Source of the DNA: Octopus sinensis
Lineage: Eukaryota
Direction of reading: 5' to 3'
Length of the DNA: 64,000 nt
NCBI RefSeq assembly: GCF_006345805.1
Contig: NC_043002.1
Location: 50,096,001-50,160,000, forward strand
Below are positions 25,868-39,749 of this stretch, piece by piece (the first letter of the stretch is position 1; each line of letters starts with the position of its first letter). The notes under the pieces are model-generated. The model did not search any database, was not told the origin of the DNA, and saw nothing but the letters and a program-made list of their open reading frames with translations. Both the position numbers and the translations under genes were made by a program.

Positions 25868-26639
25868 TTATATGTCCTTTGTTTTTTTAAGTTGGTTGGA
25901 TGTGATTTGAGCCAGTGAAGCTTATGTAGTAGCTTCTCTGAAATTATTGTTGCTTAGTTCCTCCTTAGTTTTGGTCAAAGATATTTAATTTGTATTTATA
26001 TAGTTTTGAAGCCTTTTTTTTGTGTGTGCTGCTTCTATTTACTACTTTGAACCTGTCTACGGTACCCGTTTACTGCTCACCAGCCTGGGCTGTTGGGAAT
26101 CAGGAAGCCTGTAAGTCTTTTAGGCTTAAAAATCATAGATTTTAATCATTTTTATCCTTGTTTCTGTAACCTTATTGGCACACCGCCTCCAGTGGTTTAG
26201 TTCAGTGGTTCCCTGACTTTTTCAAACTGCCACCTCTTTTGGCATCCAGGCCACATTAGTAACACCCCCCACCTACTTACCACCACAAACACAGACCACA
26301 CTTTCTACATCAAATTCAAAACATCTGTATTTCAGTAATAAACTTGACCTAATCAACCCATTATTTTGTTGTTTTTACATCCATTACCCCCTGTTGACCA
26401 CTACATCCATTACCCCTTATTGACTGATTATTGCCCCTACTTTTCTCCAGTGCCCTCCACATTCAGAACCACTGGTTTACTTGAACAAATTGAAATTAGT
26501 TCTTATGTTTTTAGTCTGGTACCTATTTTGTTGGCCTCTTCTGCAGAAACCATTAAGTTATGGGGTCCTAAATAAATCAGCATGACTTGTCAAGCGGGGA
26601 CAAACTCATACATACGACACACACACACACACACCAAAC

Positions 26640-26880
26640 AAAGACCCCCTTCGATCATGAATGACCATGAGATTGCTCCACTAATGTTATCCAAGGGAAA
26701 GGCAAAGGCCGATACAGCTTGGCACCTGTGACATCGCAACTCATTTCTACAGCTGAATGAACTGGAACAACATGAAATAAAGTGTCTTGCTCAAGAACAC
26801 AACACACAGCCCAGTCCAGGAATTGAACTCACAATCTCATTATTGTTAACCCGATGCTCTAATCACTGAGCCATGCATCA
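26640..26880 (-). mobile_element. tRNA-headed SINE (family F-related) with GAGCAAGACACTTTATTTC core
   Basis: Head TGGCTCAGTGATTAGAG..GAGTTCAATTCC on the minus strand; right part similar to 38135-38395, left part similar to 55600-55980. Confidence 0.65.
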
Positions 26881-27269
26881 TCATATACATACATACATTA
26901 TGATAATGGTTACCATTTCTTCACAGAAGGCCATCTCATCAATTAGTAAATGTCGTCATAAAATCTCATATAATTAACCAATCTGGTTTTGGACCAATAG
27001 ACCCTACAGCAAATGTAACAAATATTTTCAGGCAGAAAAGTAGTCTGGGATTGAAGTCAAGTCCTGTTTACAAATTGCTTGGTTTCAAAATGGATCTCTT
27101 TGCTTCAAATGCTTTACAACCACCATAGATCACTTTTTTCTCAAATTGATTGATTTTCTGTCATTTACTCCCAGTTTTCAACATTCACACTAAGAGCCAT
27201 AGTGCAGTTCACTAAGCTTACACACACTCATACACACCAACACACACACACTTTTTTTTATCCCGTATT

Positions 27270-28370
27270 TGTTTTGGTTGTTAGACTGTGCCCATGCTGG
27301 GGCATTGCCTTGAAGAATTTTAGTCAAACTAAGTGACCCCAATACTAGATTTATTTTTAAGTCTCGTACTTGTTCTATCATTCTGTTTTGCTGAACTGCT
27401 AAGTTATGGGGGACATAAAAACACCTACATCGGTTCTCAAGCAGTGGTGGAGGACAAACATGGACACAAAGATATGCACACACGCACACACTGGGCTTCT
27501 TTCAGTTTCCATCTACTAAATCCACTCAAAGTTGGCCTGAGACAATTGTAGAAGACAGCTGTGCCTAAGGTGCCACACTGTGGAACTGAACCCAAACCCA
27601 TGTGATTGGGAATCAAACTTCTTAACACACAGCGCTATATATATATATACACACACACACACAATAATCCCTTGACTATCAAGTGTTGTGTTCCACCCCA
27701 CCCCCTCCCCAATAGGTGAAAAGCTGTGAAGTAGGTACAGTACTGCACTGTACATTTAAAAAATTATTTTTATAATTTGTATATATTTATTTTATTATAA
27801 ATGCTAAACAGCACCACAGATGAATTGATGTAAGCTTAAAAATAGACCATGATTGGTGAACCACTATATGGCAAGGGATTCTGTGAGTGGCTGTGTGGTA
27901 AGTAGCTTGCTTACTAACCACATGGTTCCAGGTTCAGTCCCACTGCGTGGCACCTTGGGCAAGTGTCTTCTACTCTAGCCTCAGGCTAACCTAAGTCTTG
28001 TGAGTGGATTTGGTAGACGGAAAAAGAAAGAAGCCCTTTACACATACAGACAAACAAACACACACACACACACATGTTTGTGTATCTCTGATTGTCACCC
28101 CATCATCGCTTGACGACCGATGTTGGTATGTTTACGTCCCCATTACATAGCAGTTTTGTAAAAGAGACGGATAGAATAAGTAGTAGGCTTACAAAGAATA
28201 AGTCCTAGGGTTAAATGACTGAAACTAATAAAAGAATATATATATGGACCTACCAAAATCTACTCGCAAGGCAACTATAGTAGAAGACACTTGGCTAAGG
28301 TGCCACACACTGGATTGAACCCAAAACTACTTGACTGTAAAACAAGTTTCTTTACTATATAGCCATGTCT
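27270..28370. mobile_element. SINE A cluster: - (27270-27635), + (27884-28240), - (28250-28370)
   Basis: Core and tail modules in alternating orientation. Confidence 0.8.
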
Positions 28371-29854
28371 AATATTTTATGGAATTCTAAGATTTCAATG
28401 TAAATGTTATTAAACATCATAAGCAACCAATTAGAAAATGAAAAAGAGCAACCAGCCCACTCATGGAACATGCATCAACCTTGAACCACATATCTATATA
28501 TGGCAAGCAATAAATATCTGGTTTGATGGTTCAAATCCCCATTAATAAACCTGTTGTGTTTTTTTTTCTCTTTTCTTTTTTTTTTTTTTCAAAAGTAAAG
28601 GGGTTTGGGTTTTTTTTTTTTTTAAGGTTTAAATATCCGCTCTTCCTACATTGATGTAAAATAAATCAAAACTGAAAGCAAAACAAATAAAATCAAAAAA
28701 GAAACAAACAAAGAAAGCGAAAACAAAAGAGAGCTGTGAGGGGGGAGTTGTGAAGGAGTGGGTAGTGAAAAATGATATTGTAAATTGTTGATCTTCCAAG
28801 CCCTCGTCACACACCACCACTACGCTGCCCCCTCTCCTCTACCAATAAAATTAAATAAACCAGGCGCCAAACCAGTTAGTTGCGAAATAATAAAGTTCAT
28901 ATTGTATTAAACCCTTAATATTTTTTTATATCTTTTCTGGTTTTTTTTTTTTTTCAAATTTTATTTCCTTTTTTTTAGTTTTGGCATTCTATCTTTCCCA
29001 CACCACTGCTGTCACAACCATCACTACCAGCGCCACCACCATCATTCCATTGTCGAGAAAATGTTAGGTTGTAGTAGGTAGGGTTGTGGTAGAGATGGTG
29101 GTTATAGTGGTGGTGGTTGTTTGTAGTGAAGAAAATGGTTAGAATCTGTGTGTGTGGTTTGGATGTTAAAATAGCCAGTTTTTAAATTCTTGTCTGTTTA
29201 ATTGACTCTTTCTGTTGAGTTGATGGTCTTTTAAAATCGCTATAGTTCAGGTGTGAGTGAGTGTGAGTGTGTGTGTGTGTGTGTATGTGTGTGTGTGTAT
29301 ACTAACCTAGCCATATAAGGTGAGATGAGATGAGGTGGTAGTGTGTTAGGAAGGTGTCGGTGGTGATGAAAATTGTGTTGTGATGGCGATGACGACCAAT
29401 GACGAAGATGATGATGATGATGGTGATGATGTTCATGATGATAGCAGCAGCAGTATTACGGATGATGATGAAACTGGGATGGTGTTTGTAGGCTGTGGAG
29501 ATGGTAGTGATAATATATAGTTTAGTGGTGGTGGCGACGATGATGACGATGATGATGATGAAATAGTGATGAAGTGCATATTGGCAGTGATGGTGGTGGT
29601 AAAAGAGATAAATATAATTTTGGTGATGACAATGGTAATGGTAACAGTGTTGGTGGTGCTTGCGTTGATGATAATGACATTAGTAGTAATGATGGCGGGT
29701 GGTGGTGATGATGACGATGATGATCTCTTGCCAGACAATGCCAAGACATGATCACCAACATTAGTGTCTTGTCAAATTGTATTATACTCCAGTGAACATC
29801 AGGCGCAGCTTTCGCTCTCTCTCTCTCTCTTTCCCTCTCTCTCATTCTCACGCT

Positions 29855-29901
<47 letters not shown>

Positions 29902-30069
29902 ATTCTCTCTTTTATTCATTCCTTTTGCTCTCACACTCTCTCTTCTATCATTCTGACTCTTTTTCAGCTCACACATTTCCACTTTCTCTCTTTCTCTCTC
30001 CCCACATACTCGTACACACCCACATACAAACACACACACACACACACACACACAAGCTATGTACACCTA

Positions 30070-30121
<52 letters not shown>

Positions 30122-30464
30122 CCAAACACACTGTCAGACTTCTGACTTTAACTATCTGACAGGCTTTTCATTTTTTTCCAAGTCTCTTCATCGTCATCAT
30201 CATTTTGATTGTCATCACTGTCATCAGTAAAGTCATCATCACTGCAATCATCATCATCATCATCATCATCCACAGCAGCAACATCATTGTGCGTTGTGTG
30301 TGTGATTGTATTTAGTCAATGATTTAATGTTTGCTGTTGTTGCCAATACTAACACCACAGCCTGTCTTAAATAAAACACTTAACTCTTACAGTCTATTTG
30401 TCTGTCTGTCTGTCCGTCCGTCTGTCTGTTTGACTCTTATTTTGCCTGCCACTTGTAGGCTTTC

Positions 30465-30495
<31 letters not shown>

Positions 30496-30599
30496 TTGCC
30501 CTTTTTTTGTTGTTCATCTGTCAGTTTCTCTGTTTGTCAACCTCTCAGTGAATCCCCCCCCCCCCCGTATCCTGTTTACCCACCTCTCGATCTACTTGC

Positions 30600-31394
30600 T
30601 TTGGCCGGCTGTCAGTCTCCCTGTTTTGGCCATCTGACAATCTACATGTTTATCCACCTGCCAGTCTTCTACCTGTTTTCTATTTGTCCATCTACCTGTT
30701 TTCGCCATCTGTCAGTTTACCTGTTTGTCCTTCTGTCTGTTTACCTGTTTGTCTATCTTGTCTACCTCTCAACCTTATTGTTTGACTATCTGTCAATTTA
30801 TCTGTTTGGCCATCTGTCAATCTTCTTGCTTTTCTGTTTGTCAGTCTACCTGTTTGTCCATATCTGTCAATCTATTCTGTTTGACTAGCTATCAATCTAC
30901 CTGCTTGGCCATCTTCAAATCTACATGTTTGGCCATCAATTAATTTTCCTATTTGGCTATCAGTCAGTCTACCTATATTTTCACCTGTCAACCTGTCTAT
31001 TTGTTCATCTGTTAAACTTTCTGTTTGACCATCTGTCAATTTATTAATTTTTTTTTTTTTGTCTGTTAACCAGCCAGCCTGTCTGTTTGTCTTTCAGTCA
31101 ACCTCCTCATTGTCCATCCTTCAATCTACCCATATGTCTGTTCTTCATCTCTGATCTGCTTGTATGTCTGTTTATCAGTCTCAGTCAGTCTACCTGTATT
31201 TTCACCTGTCAACCTGTCTATTTGTTCATCTGTTAAATTTTCTGTTTGACCATCTGTCAATTTATTTATTTTTTTTTTGTCTGTTAACCAACCAGCCTGT
31301 CTGTTTGTCTTTCGGTCAACCTCCTCATTGTCCATCCTTCAATCTACCCATATGTCTGTCCTTCATCTCTGATCTGCTTGTATGTCTGTTTATC
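30600..31394. repeat. Degenerate ~24-bp minisatellite (TTGGCCATCTGTCAATCTACCTGT) followed by a ~220-bp tandem duplication
   Basis: 30961-31180 and 31181-31394 are near-identical, both starting CAGTCAGTCTACCT(A/G)TATTTTCACC. Confidence 0.85.
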
Positions 31395-32114
31395 TGTCTT
31401 TCTAGCCATCCGCCAGCCTCCCTGCTTATCCCTCTGTCCACCTACATGTTTGTTTATGTGATCGCTGATCCTTGATGGTTCTGCTCTAGCTGCTTAGCTC
31501 AACTCTCTGGCTGCCTATTTCTAACCCTGTTCTTTTAGCCACTCCTCATTTCAGTTGTGTGTGCACACCTCAGTTGGCTGATCAATAGCCTGTCAATTTA
31601 TTGTTAAGATGTTAAAATATCAATCATCACATCTATAAATCATGAAATACACAGCTGCCACCATCTCCATTACCATTTCTACTGTTGTCACTACATCTCA
31701 TGTCATTACAACTTTTGAAACTACTACTACTACTACTGCTGCTGCTGCTACCGTCACTGCCGGCACTTTGTTCATGACCACCACTACTACCGTGTCTTCC
31801 AGTACTTATACTGCCAACATTTATGGACTCTCCTGTTGTAAATGTTGATTTTCTGCAGGCTGAAGGTGCCGTAGCACTGTGTAAACCAAGAGATGTAACG
31901 AGAATGAGAACTGAGCATATACGAGAAGAGGGAGTGGTGATGGTGGTGGTGGAGATATGATGGTGATTAATGTAGTGGCTTTGGTTCTTGGTACTTGTTT
32001 TATTGGTGATTATTGGGGTGGAATTTGTTAGGAATCTAATACAAGCAATTGTAGGACCCTCTTTTAATTGTCGTAGCAGCTATAATAATAATGTTGATGG
32101 TGATGATGATGATA

Positions 32115-32523
32115 ATCCTTTCTATTTTAGGCACAAGGCCTGAAATTGGGTGGGTTTGTTAGTCGATTACATCAACACCTGTGTTTCACTGGTACTCAAT
32201 TTGTTGACCCTGAAAGGATGAAAGGCAAAGATGACCTCAGCGCAATTTGAACTTAGAATGTAGTGACTGGTGAAATATCGCTAAGCATTTTGTCCAGCAT
32301 TCTAACAATTCTGGCGACTTGCCACCTTAATAATAATGATAATAACAACAATAATAATAATAATAATAACGATGATGATGATTTCAAATTTTGGGCACAA
32401 GGCCAGCAGTTTCTGGGGAGTGGGTAAGTTCATTACATCAACTCCAGTACTTGACTGGTACTTGTGTTATTGATCTCAAAAGTAATGAGTGGTGGCCACT
32501 CAGCATTTTGCCAGCTCACCACC

Positions 32524-32556
<33 letters not shown>

Positions 32557-32780
32557 TTAATAATAATCTTTTCTACTATAGGCACAAGGCCTGAAATTTA
32601 AGGGGAGGGGGATAGTTGATCACATCGACCTCAGTGTTTCACTGACACTTAATTTATCGACCCCGAAAGGATGAAAGGCAGATTCGAACTTGGTGGACTT
32701 GCAACTCAGAATGTAAAGACAGACGAAATGCTGCTAAGCATTTTGCTTGGTGTGCTAACATTTCTGCCAGCTTGCCACCT
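32115..32780 (-). mobile_element. Head-to-tail array of three SINE B copies separated by (AAT)n
   Basis: GGCACAAGGCC...TTGCCACCTTAATAAT / TCACCACCTTAATAAT repeated. Confidence 0.8.
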
Positions 32781-32785
32781 TAATA

Positions 32786-33110
32786 CTAACAAGAGCACTC
32801 AGAGAGCACAAACCTCTGCCAAGAAAACACCAACGTCTTCCCAGCGATTAACCAGAGAGGATTTTTAAAATGAGAATATCTGAAATAATCTCAACTGCTC
32901 TCACAAATGAGTATACTAAAATTGAACCTGACCGCTCTCAAAAATTAAGTAAAAAAACCGGAAAATAATCCAAAATTCTTATCCGGTACTGGATTGATCC
33001 CAAAATCTAATCAGTTCATGCAAGTCATGAGGCCAAACATCCCTGAATATTTCATCCGAGTCCATCCAGCAGTTCTTGAGATATCATGTCCATAGACAAA
33101 CAAACAAAGA
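32786..33110 (+). mobile_element. Dispersed repeat AACAAGAGCACTCAGAGAG..., longer copy (possible HINE-like)
   Basis: Homologous to 3686-3925; ends TTTCATCCGAGTCCATCCAGCAGTTCTTGAGATATC..GACAAACAAAC. Confidence 0.55.
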
Positions 33111-34187
33111 ATCAAGACTTTTTTTTACCTGCAATACGACTCATGCCAATCAAAGTCCTAACGTTTTTTCATCCTAACAGTACTAATTAATTATTGACGT
33201 TGAAGTGCAATACATGGCTAAATGAATTGGTAAAGCACTAAAGAAAATTGTTTTTATTTAGTTTTCTTCCGTTGGTATTTCAAGCAATTTAAACTTACTT
33301 TATTCTGGGATTAATAAAAGAAAATGAATCCCAAGTAGTGGGCTTAATTTAACTGGCTGTATCGAAAGAGATATCCATAAAAGAATAAAATAAAAAAAAT
33401 AATAGGCCTCCTGTCTATATGTGAGGGCTGTGTGTGTCATTTGTGACCTTAAGTGAGGGACCTGGTTGTTCAACCTACTGGAACAGCATTACTTAGCTGA
33501 ATCGTCTGATGTTTAAATGGATGTCTCTGCATTTGTGGGCTGACCTGATAATATTTGTGTTGTCCAGTTTTATCTCTTCGGTATAGGGTGTTCAACAGGA
33601 TCAAAGCTTGAGCTGTATGGTACAGAAGACTATTGCCCATGCATTGTGTTCCCATTTTTCCATGTCACTGACAGATCCTAAGGAACAGCATGGCTGTTAC
33701 AATTTGGTACCAGTATCATCGCAGGAGGGTTGTAGACAACATCGAACTACCTCAGAAGAAGGGTTGTAAACAACATCGAACTGTCACAAAGGCTCCTTCT
33801 TCTGATTTTTTCCTTAAGGGTTAATTCTCAAGGCCTTTCCCATGGCTCTGTATTGCTGCAAGGCAATGGAGATGTGGAATCAGGATTTTCCTTCTAGTTG
33901 GTTTCCCTCACTTCACCCCCAACTGCTCTAGCTGATGAGCTGCAACTACTAAACTGACCCTGCTAATATACCCATAGCTGGGACCTTTACAGGGGCTACT
34001 ACACTGGGCCAGAGTAGATCTGGGAACACTCTTAACCAAGAAGTAGTTTCTACACTCTTTAAAACTCTGGAACACTCAAACCAAGGTCCCTACCATGAGA
34101 TACAGTTTAAAATCATACCTATATCATATTAGAAATCAATTATTTCAAATTTTATGGTGGCTGTTAATTAAGGAATTTGCAGTGTTG

Positions 34188-34399
34188 TAACCCTTTAGCA
34201 TTTAAACCTGCCATGTTCGGCCAAAATATTCTACCTGTTTTATGTTCAAACTGGCCAGATGTGGCCTCTCACACCTATCCTACAATGTCATTCCAAAACT
34301 AAGCAATCACATCTTCGAAATCTCAAGGTCTTGATCCAAAACAATGTGAATAAATAAGCATTACATTTGACTGAGTAGATCTGAATACCTATGGGTTAA
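34188..34399 (+). mobile_element. piggyBac-like MITE
   Basis: TAACCCTTTAGCATTT ... GAATACCTATGGGTTAA. Confidence 0.75.
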
Positions 34400-35937
34400 A
34401 GTTTGTTCTGGCTTGGTCTTGCGTGAGTCCTAGGGATTCATAAGGTCAGGGCTCAACCCACTTCCTATGGTGTATAAGTGACTGAGATTACAACATTCCC
34501 CTCCTGGAAAGGATGCTAGTCCAAACTTATTGGTCCGAAAATCAAAATCATGACCTATGATCACGGATGCAAACATCCTAACAACTATGCCTTGCAACTT
34601 TACTGGTTTTGTATATTTAATTTGATTGAAATATGTGTTGTATTGATATTTGTGTTCTAATTTTTTTTTTTTTTTTTCATAGGGTTATTTTTACAACACC
34701 TTTTTACTTTCAATATGGTTTGGATTTCTTTTGAAATTTAATGGTAAGTTTGAATTTTTCTTTTTTTTCTTCTCCTTAAAAGAAAAAGTACTTGTAAAAA
34801 AGGATTTTTATTTAAAAAATATATTTAAAAAAACAACTATTTAATTAGTTTGCTTGTATTAACATTTATTTCAGTATCTTGGGCAAGTGTCTTGTGCTAT
34901 CGCCTAAGGCTAACCAATGCCTTGTAAGTGAGTTTCGGAAGCGGAAAGTATTTCAAACCTATCTTGTCTGTGTGTGTGTGTGTGTCTGCATGCATATATT
35001 AATCAGAAGAAAATTAGAAAAAGGGGTCAGGTGCTGAGTTTCATTCATCACACTTATCAGTCTTGGAATTCTTTCAGCCCTTAAGTTCCTTTCGTTACTT
35101 TCTGCCAGTTAATATATTTCTTTATTCTTTTACTCATTTCAGTCATTTGATTATGGCCATGCTGGAGCACTGCCTCAAAGGGTTTTTTTTAAAGTCAGTC
35201 AAACTTACCCTCAGGACTTATTCTTTGTAAGCATAGTACTTACTATATCAGTCTATTTTGCCGAACTGCTAGGTCACAAGGACGTAAACACACCAACATT
35301 GGTTGTCAAGCAGTGGTGGGGGGATAAATGCAGACACAAAGACACACAAATACACATAGGCTATAGTAGAAGACACCTGCCCAAGGTGTCACGTAGTGGG
35401 ACTGAACCAGGAACCATGTGGTTGGGAAGCAAGCTTCTTACCACACACCCATGCCATGCAAACTTTAGGTTGGTCACAAACCTGTTTTATCCAGCCTAAT
35501 GTTCATATATGCGTGATCACTGTTTGGTGTTGATACAGTTGAATACACATGCGTATGTGCACACACACACACACACATTTTGAGAGAGAGAAATTGGTGG
35601 ATTTTCTGTGGCTAGATGCCTTTTGTGTTGCCAGCCCTCACTTAGTTCCATGTAAGATATTGTTCTCCTTTGGTCAGAAATATTTTCATAGGAGATTGAA
35701 AATGGACACCACTTGTGTGACTGTGACACTTGTTTACAACTGTCACATGATGTCAATGCAAGGAGAAGATAATGTGCATACACGCGATGTGTGAGTGAGA
35801 AATAGGTTTCTTTCAGTTTCCATCTACTAAATCCACTTATGAGGGTTTGATTGACCCGAGACAATAATAGAAGACAGTAGACCAAAGTGCCAGTGGGACT
35901 GAATCCCAAAATTTGTGGTTGGAAAGCAAACTTCTTA

Positions 35938-36165
35938 TTTCTTTACTACCCACAAGGGGCTAAACACAGGGGACAACAAGGACAGACAAAGGGATTATGT
36001 CGATTACATTGACCCTAGTGTGTAACTGGTACTTCATTTATTGACCCCGAAAGGATGAAAGGCAAAGTTGACCTTGGTGGAATTTGAACTCAGAACGTAA
36101 CGGCAGACGAAATACCACTAAGCATTTCGCCCGGTGTGCTAACGTTTCTGCCAGCTTGCCGCCTT
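35938..36165 (-). mobile_element. SINE B inserted into the head of a SINE A
   Basis: SINE A sequence AAGCAAACTTCTTA|CCACAC is interrupted by a full SINE B. Confidence 0.85.
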
Positions 36166-36979
36166 ACCACACAACTTCGTACCACACAGCTATGCTTGTA
36201 CCTGTGTGTGTGTGTGTAATAAAAGTTAGATAAATGACATGGGTACAAAAAAATTAAATAATGAGATTCGTAGCTGAGTGATTGTGTATCACTTTATGGC
36301 TCTGACATTTCTTTGTATAGCTGAAACAGTTGTAAGCTAAGGAAGTTAATTCCATAATTTCTTGTTCCTTTGCCATTTATTCAGTTTTTTTATTATGCTC
36401 TGTACTCGGCTAATGCTTTTTCTCTGAAGAATATGTCTATTGAGTTTTTAACTCCAGATTATTAGTATCACCATGCCTAAGCGAAACATGAATATACACA
36501 TATATTTATACACGCAAACACATGCATGCACTTGTATGATATATATATGTTTTTTGTGGTGATTTATATGCCATATGGGTCCTTTAGTAATTTGCTACAG
36601 GATGGTAGAACCTTCCCAGTGGTGTTACTGTAACAAGAGAATGGTAAACTGTCATCAGCAAATTATTTAGTGTGTGTTTATGTGTGTGTTCCTTTCTAGG
36701 AAAGATTATAGGAAGAATCTTGTGTTCCAATTTGATGTAACAAGTCTTAGAGGAGTTGAGGCTATTGTTTGTTGGCTTTGGTGTGTGGTTTGTCTAGAGG
36801 GGTTAGAAAGTGTTTTGTCTTTTGTTTATTTCTTCTCTCTTGGGCAGGGCGGGAGTGTTATGTACTCTGAGTGATTCAGAGTGTAAATCAAAGGCTGCAA
36901 TGATCACATGACTAAAACTTGACATCTATCATCACACTGTGACATTTGAGGATACCTTTGTTGCAGCTCCCCTTTTCTC

Positions 36980-37091
36980 TATATGTGTGTATGTATGTAT
37001 ATGTGTGTGTGCTCATATATTGTGTGTAGATTCATGTATCCATATGTATGTATTGTGTGTGTGTATATATATGTGTGTGTGTATATATATA

Positions 37092-37133
<42 letters not shown>

Positions 37134-37190
37134 CTCATATGTGTCTATATATATATATATATATATATACATACTCATATGTGTCTATAT

Positions 37191-37234
<44 letters not shown>

Positions 37235-37320
37235 TATTGTGTATATATATATGTGTGTGTGTATATATATATATACACATATATATTGTGTATATATATA
37301 TGTGTGTGTGTATATATATA

Positions 37321-37356
<36 letters not shown>

Positions 37357-37447
37357 CATACTCATATGTGTCTCTATATATATATATATTATATATATAT
37401 ATATACACATATATATTGTGTATATATATATATATACTGTATGTGTG

Positions 37448-37479
<32 letters not shown>

Positions 37480-37482
37480 CTG

Positions 37483-37514
<32 letters not shown>

Positions 37515-37610
37515 CTGTATGTGTGTATGTATATATATATATACATACATTCACATATATGTAGATATATATGTATATATCTATATCTATCTATATATAT
37601 ATATATATAT
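36980..37610. repeat. Long (TA)/(TG) compound microsatellite with higher-order units
   Basis: Recurrent blocks TATACATACTCATATGTGTCT and TATACACATATATATTGTG. Confidence 0.95.
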
Positions 37611-38134
37611 ATCTGTTTGTATAACTGTATGTGTGTAAGGGTATCTGTATGTGAAGAGAGAGAGAAAGAGTAACAAGCTATACATCAATCGTTATCATTT
37701 GAAATATAAATTATACAAGACATTTACGAACAACAGGCAGTAGAAATGAGAACAAGGGCAAGGGCGTTGCTGAAGGAAGATGTGGAGAATAGGGCAAGAT
37801 GGGATGGGCTGTCATTGGGTCCTGCATGACTACCTCACCCCTCTTTTTTTTTGTGCGGTAAGGAAAATAGCCTTGAAATGCTTGTGACAGTTGTTAGCTT
37901 GTTTAGGGCATACAAAAGATAACAGAATATTCCACAGGATTTGAAACTGGGTATCGCTCATATACTGTGGCAGCTATGTAGTTCTTTGTTCAGTCCCCAC
38001 TGTGCAGCACCTTCAGAGCAAATACCTTCAACTATAGCTCCAGACTGATCAATGCTTTCTGAGGGAAAATTAGGTTGATGGAAACTCTGTGGAAGCCCAT
38101 CGTTTGTGTGTGTATGTGTGTGTATTTCATCATA

Positions 38135-38395
38135 AAAATAAAAATAAATGCGCCCTTTTAAAGCCTAGCCAGGCTCATGGGCCTGGTTTCCCAATTTCTA
38201 TGGCGTATGTGTTCCCCAACTGGACGGGACGCCAGTCCATCACAGCGTTACTCTTTTTTGCCAGCTGAGTGGACTGGAGCAATATGAAATGAAGTGTTTT
38301 GCTCAAGAACAATGCGTCGCCCGGTCCAGGAATCAAAACCACAATCTTACGAGCATGATGCTGACACCCTAACCACTAAGCCATGCGCTTCCACA
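38135..38395 (-). mobile_element. SINE family F (tRNA head, V-domain-like segment) with 14-bp TSD
   Basis: Minus strand: GCGCATGGCTTAGTGGTTAGGG..GGTTTTGATTCC; CTGTGATGGACTGGCGTCCCGTCCAG resembles the V-SINE domain; TSD TGTATTTCATCATA at 38121-38134 and 38396-38409. Confidence 0.85.
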
Positions 38396-38409
38396 TGTAT
38401 TTCATCATA

Positions 38410-38787
38410 TTGAACCATTAATCCCCACATATTTTCTCTCTCTCTCTTTTTTTATTCTCTCTCCATTTTTCACCTCTCAATCCTTTCTTTCGAGTCTAGG
38501 CTCGAAATGTCAAAGACTCCTTGATTCTTCCTGAACGTCAAACTAATTCACCTACTTGTTGTTCCCTCACTTGTCTTTGACTTTTGTTTTTTGTAAATTT
38601 GAACTGTAGATCGTTAGCCACTACACACATTTTTTTTCTCTCCTTGTTTTCTGTGTCCCTTTCTGTTGAAGAGCGTAGGCTCGAAACGTAAACGACTTTT
38701 TCTATTCCTGAGCGTTATACTGATACATCTGTTTGTTTTGTACACCACCTGTCTCCGTCTTTTGTTGTGTTTTTCGTAAACTCTCCC
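38410..38787 (+). mobile_element. Tandem two-unit repeat, each unit carrying a hammerhead-like motif (family H1; retrozyme/PLE-terminus-like)
   Basis: Unit 1 core decayed (38482-38515); unit 2 CTTT-CTGTTGA-A-GAGC-GTAG-GCTC-GAAA-C-GTA-AACG (38659-38694); unit 1 is homologous to 45734-45928. Confidence 0.65.
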
Positions 38788-39749
38788 TATATATATATAT
38801 ATATAGATATATATATATATATATATAATCTGTATATGTATCTTTATATATTTGTATATGTGTATTTGTGTTCACCCACCCCACCTCCCTGGCTTGACAA
38901 TCACTGTTGGTTGTTTACATCCGTGTAACTTAGTGTTTCAGCAAAAGAAACAGATAGGATATGTGCCGGAGGGTTTTTTTTATTTTAATGTCCTGGGACT
39001 GATTTGTTTGATTAAAACTTTTCAGTGTGGTTCTCCAGCAGAGCCATAGTGCAGTGACTCTGAAAGTGCTCACCTTACCCAGTACGGCAAAAGCATTCTA
39101 TCACCCCTGCCCCTTCTTCAAAGCCAGATTATCACCATGTAAACTGTTTGCTGTTGATAACTGTAGTCCGACCTCATCTCCTGCCACATGAGGCTAATAG
39201 ATAATTTTGCAGCTGCTTAGTCACCAGTAGATTAACTTATTCTGCTATTAACACACATTCAAATATTACAGTATCTAATCAGAACAATATTCGAGCATAT
39301 TGACTCTGACTGTTACACACAATGGTTAAAATTTTAATATGAATTATGAGATGTCTGTGTGTCAGTACAAAGGATAGAGCATGGTCACTTAAGATGCAAC
39401 GGAAATGTGGTTTGGGTCCTTTTGGGAGAGCCTGTTGTATTTTTGTCTCTCCTAGATTTTTTACCTGTAAATAATGATATTTAATAATAATAATAATAAT
39501 CTTTCCTACTATAGGCATAAAGCCTGAAATTTGGGGCAAAGGGACTTAATTTATCGGCCCCAAAAGGATGAGAGGCAAAGTTGACTTTGGCAAATTGCCT
39601 TTCATCCTTTCAGGGTTGATAAAATAAGTACCAGTTACACACTGGGGTCGATGTATTCAACTTACCCACTTCTCTGAAATTACCGGCCTTCTGCCAAAAT
39701 TTGAAACCAGTGTTAGCATTAGCTAAAATAAATCTAAAATATCTTTTTA

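Noticed and set aside
31642-31960. T/A-rich or G/S-rich ORFs and a plus-strand acceptor at 31858
   Set aside because: Degenerate trinucleotide low-complexity DNA, common throughout this window; no usable donor.
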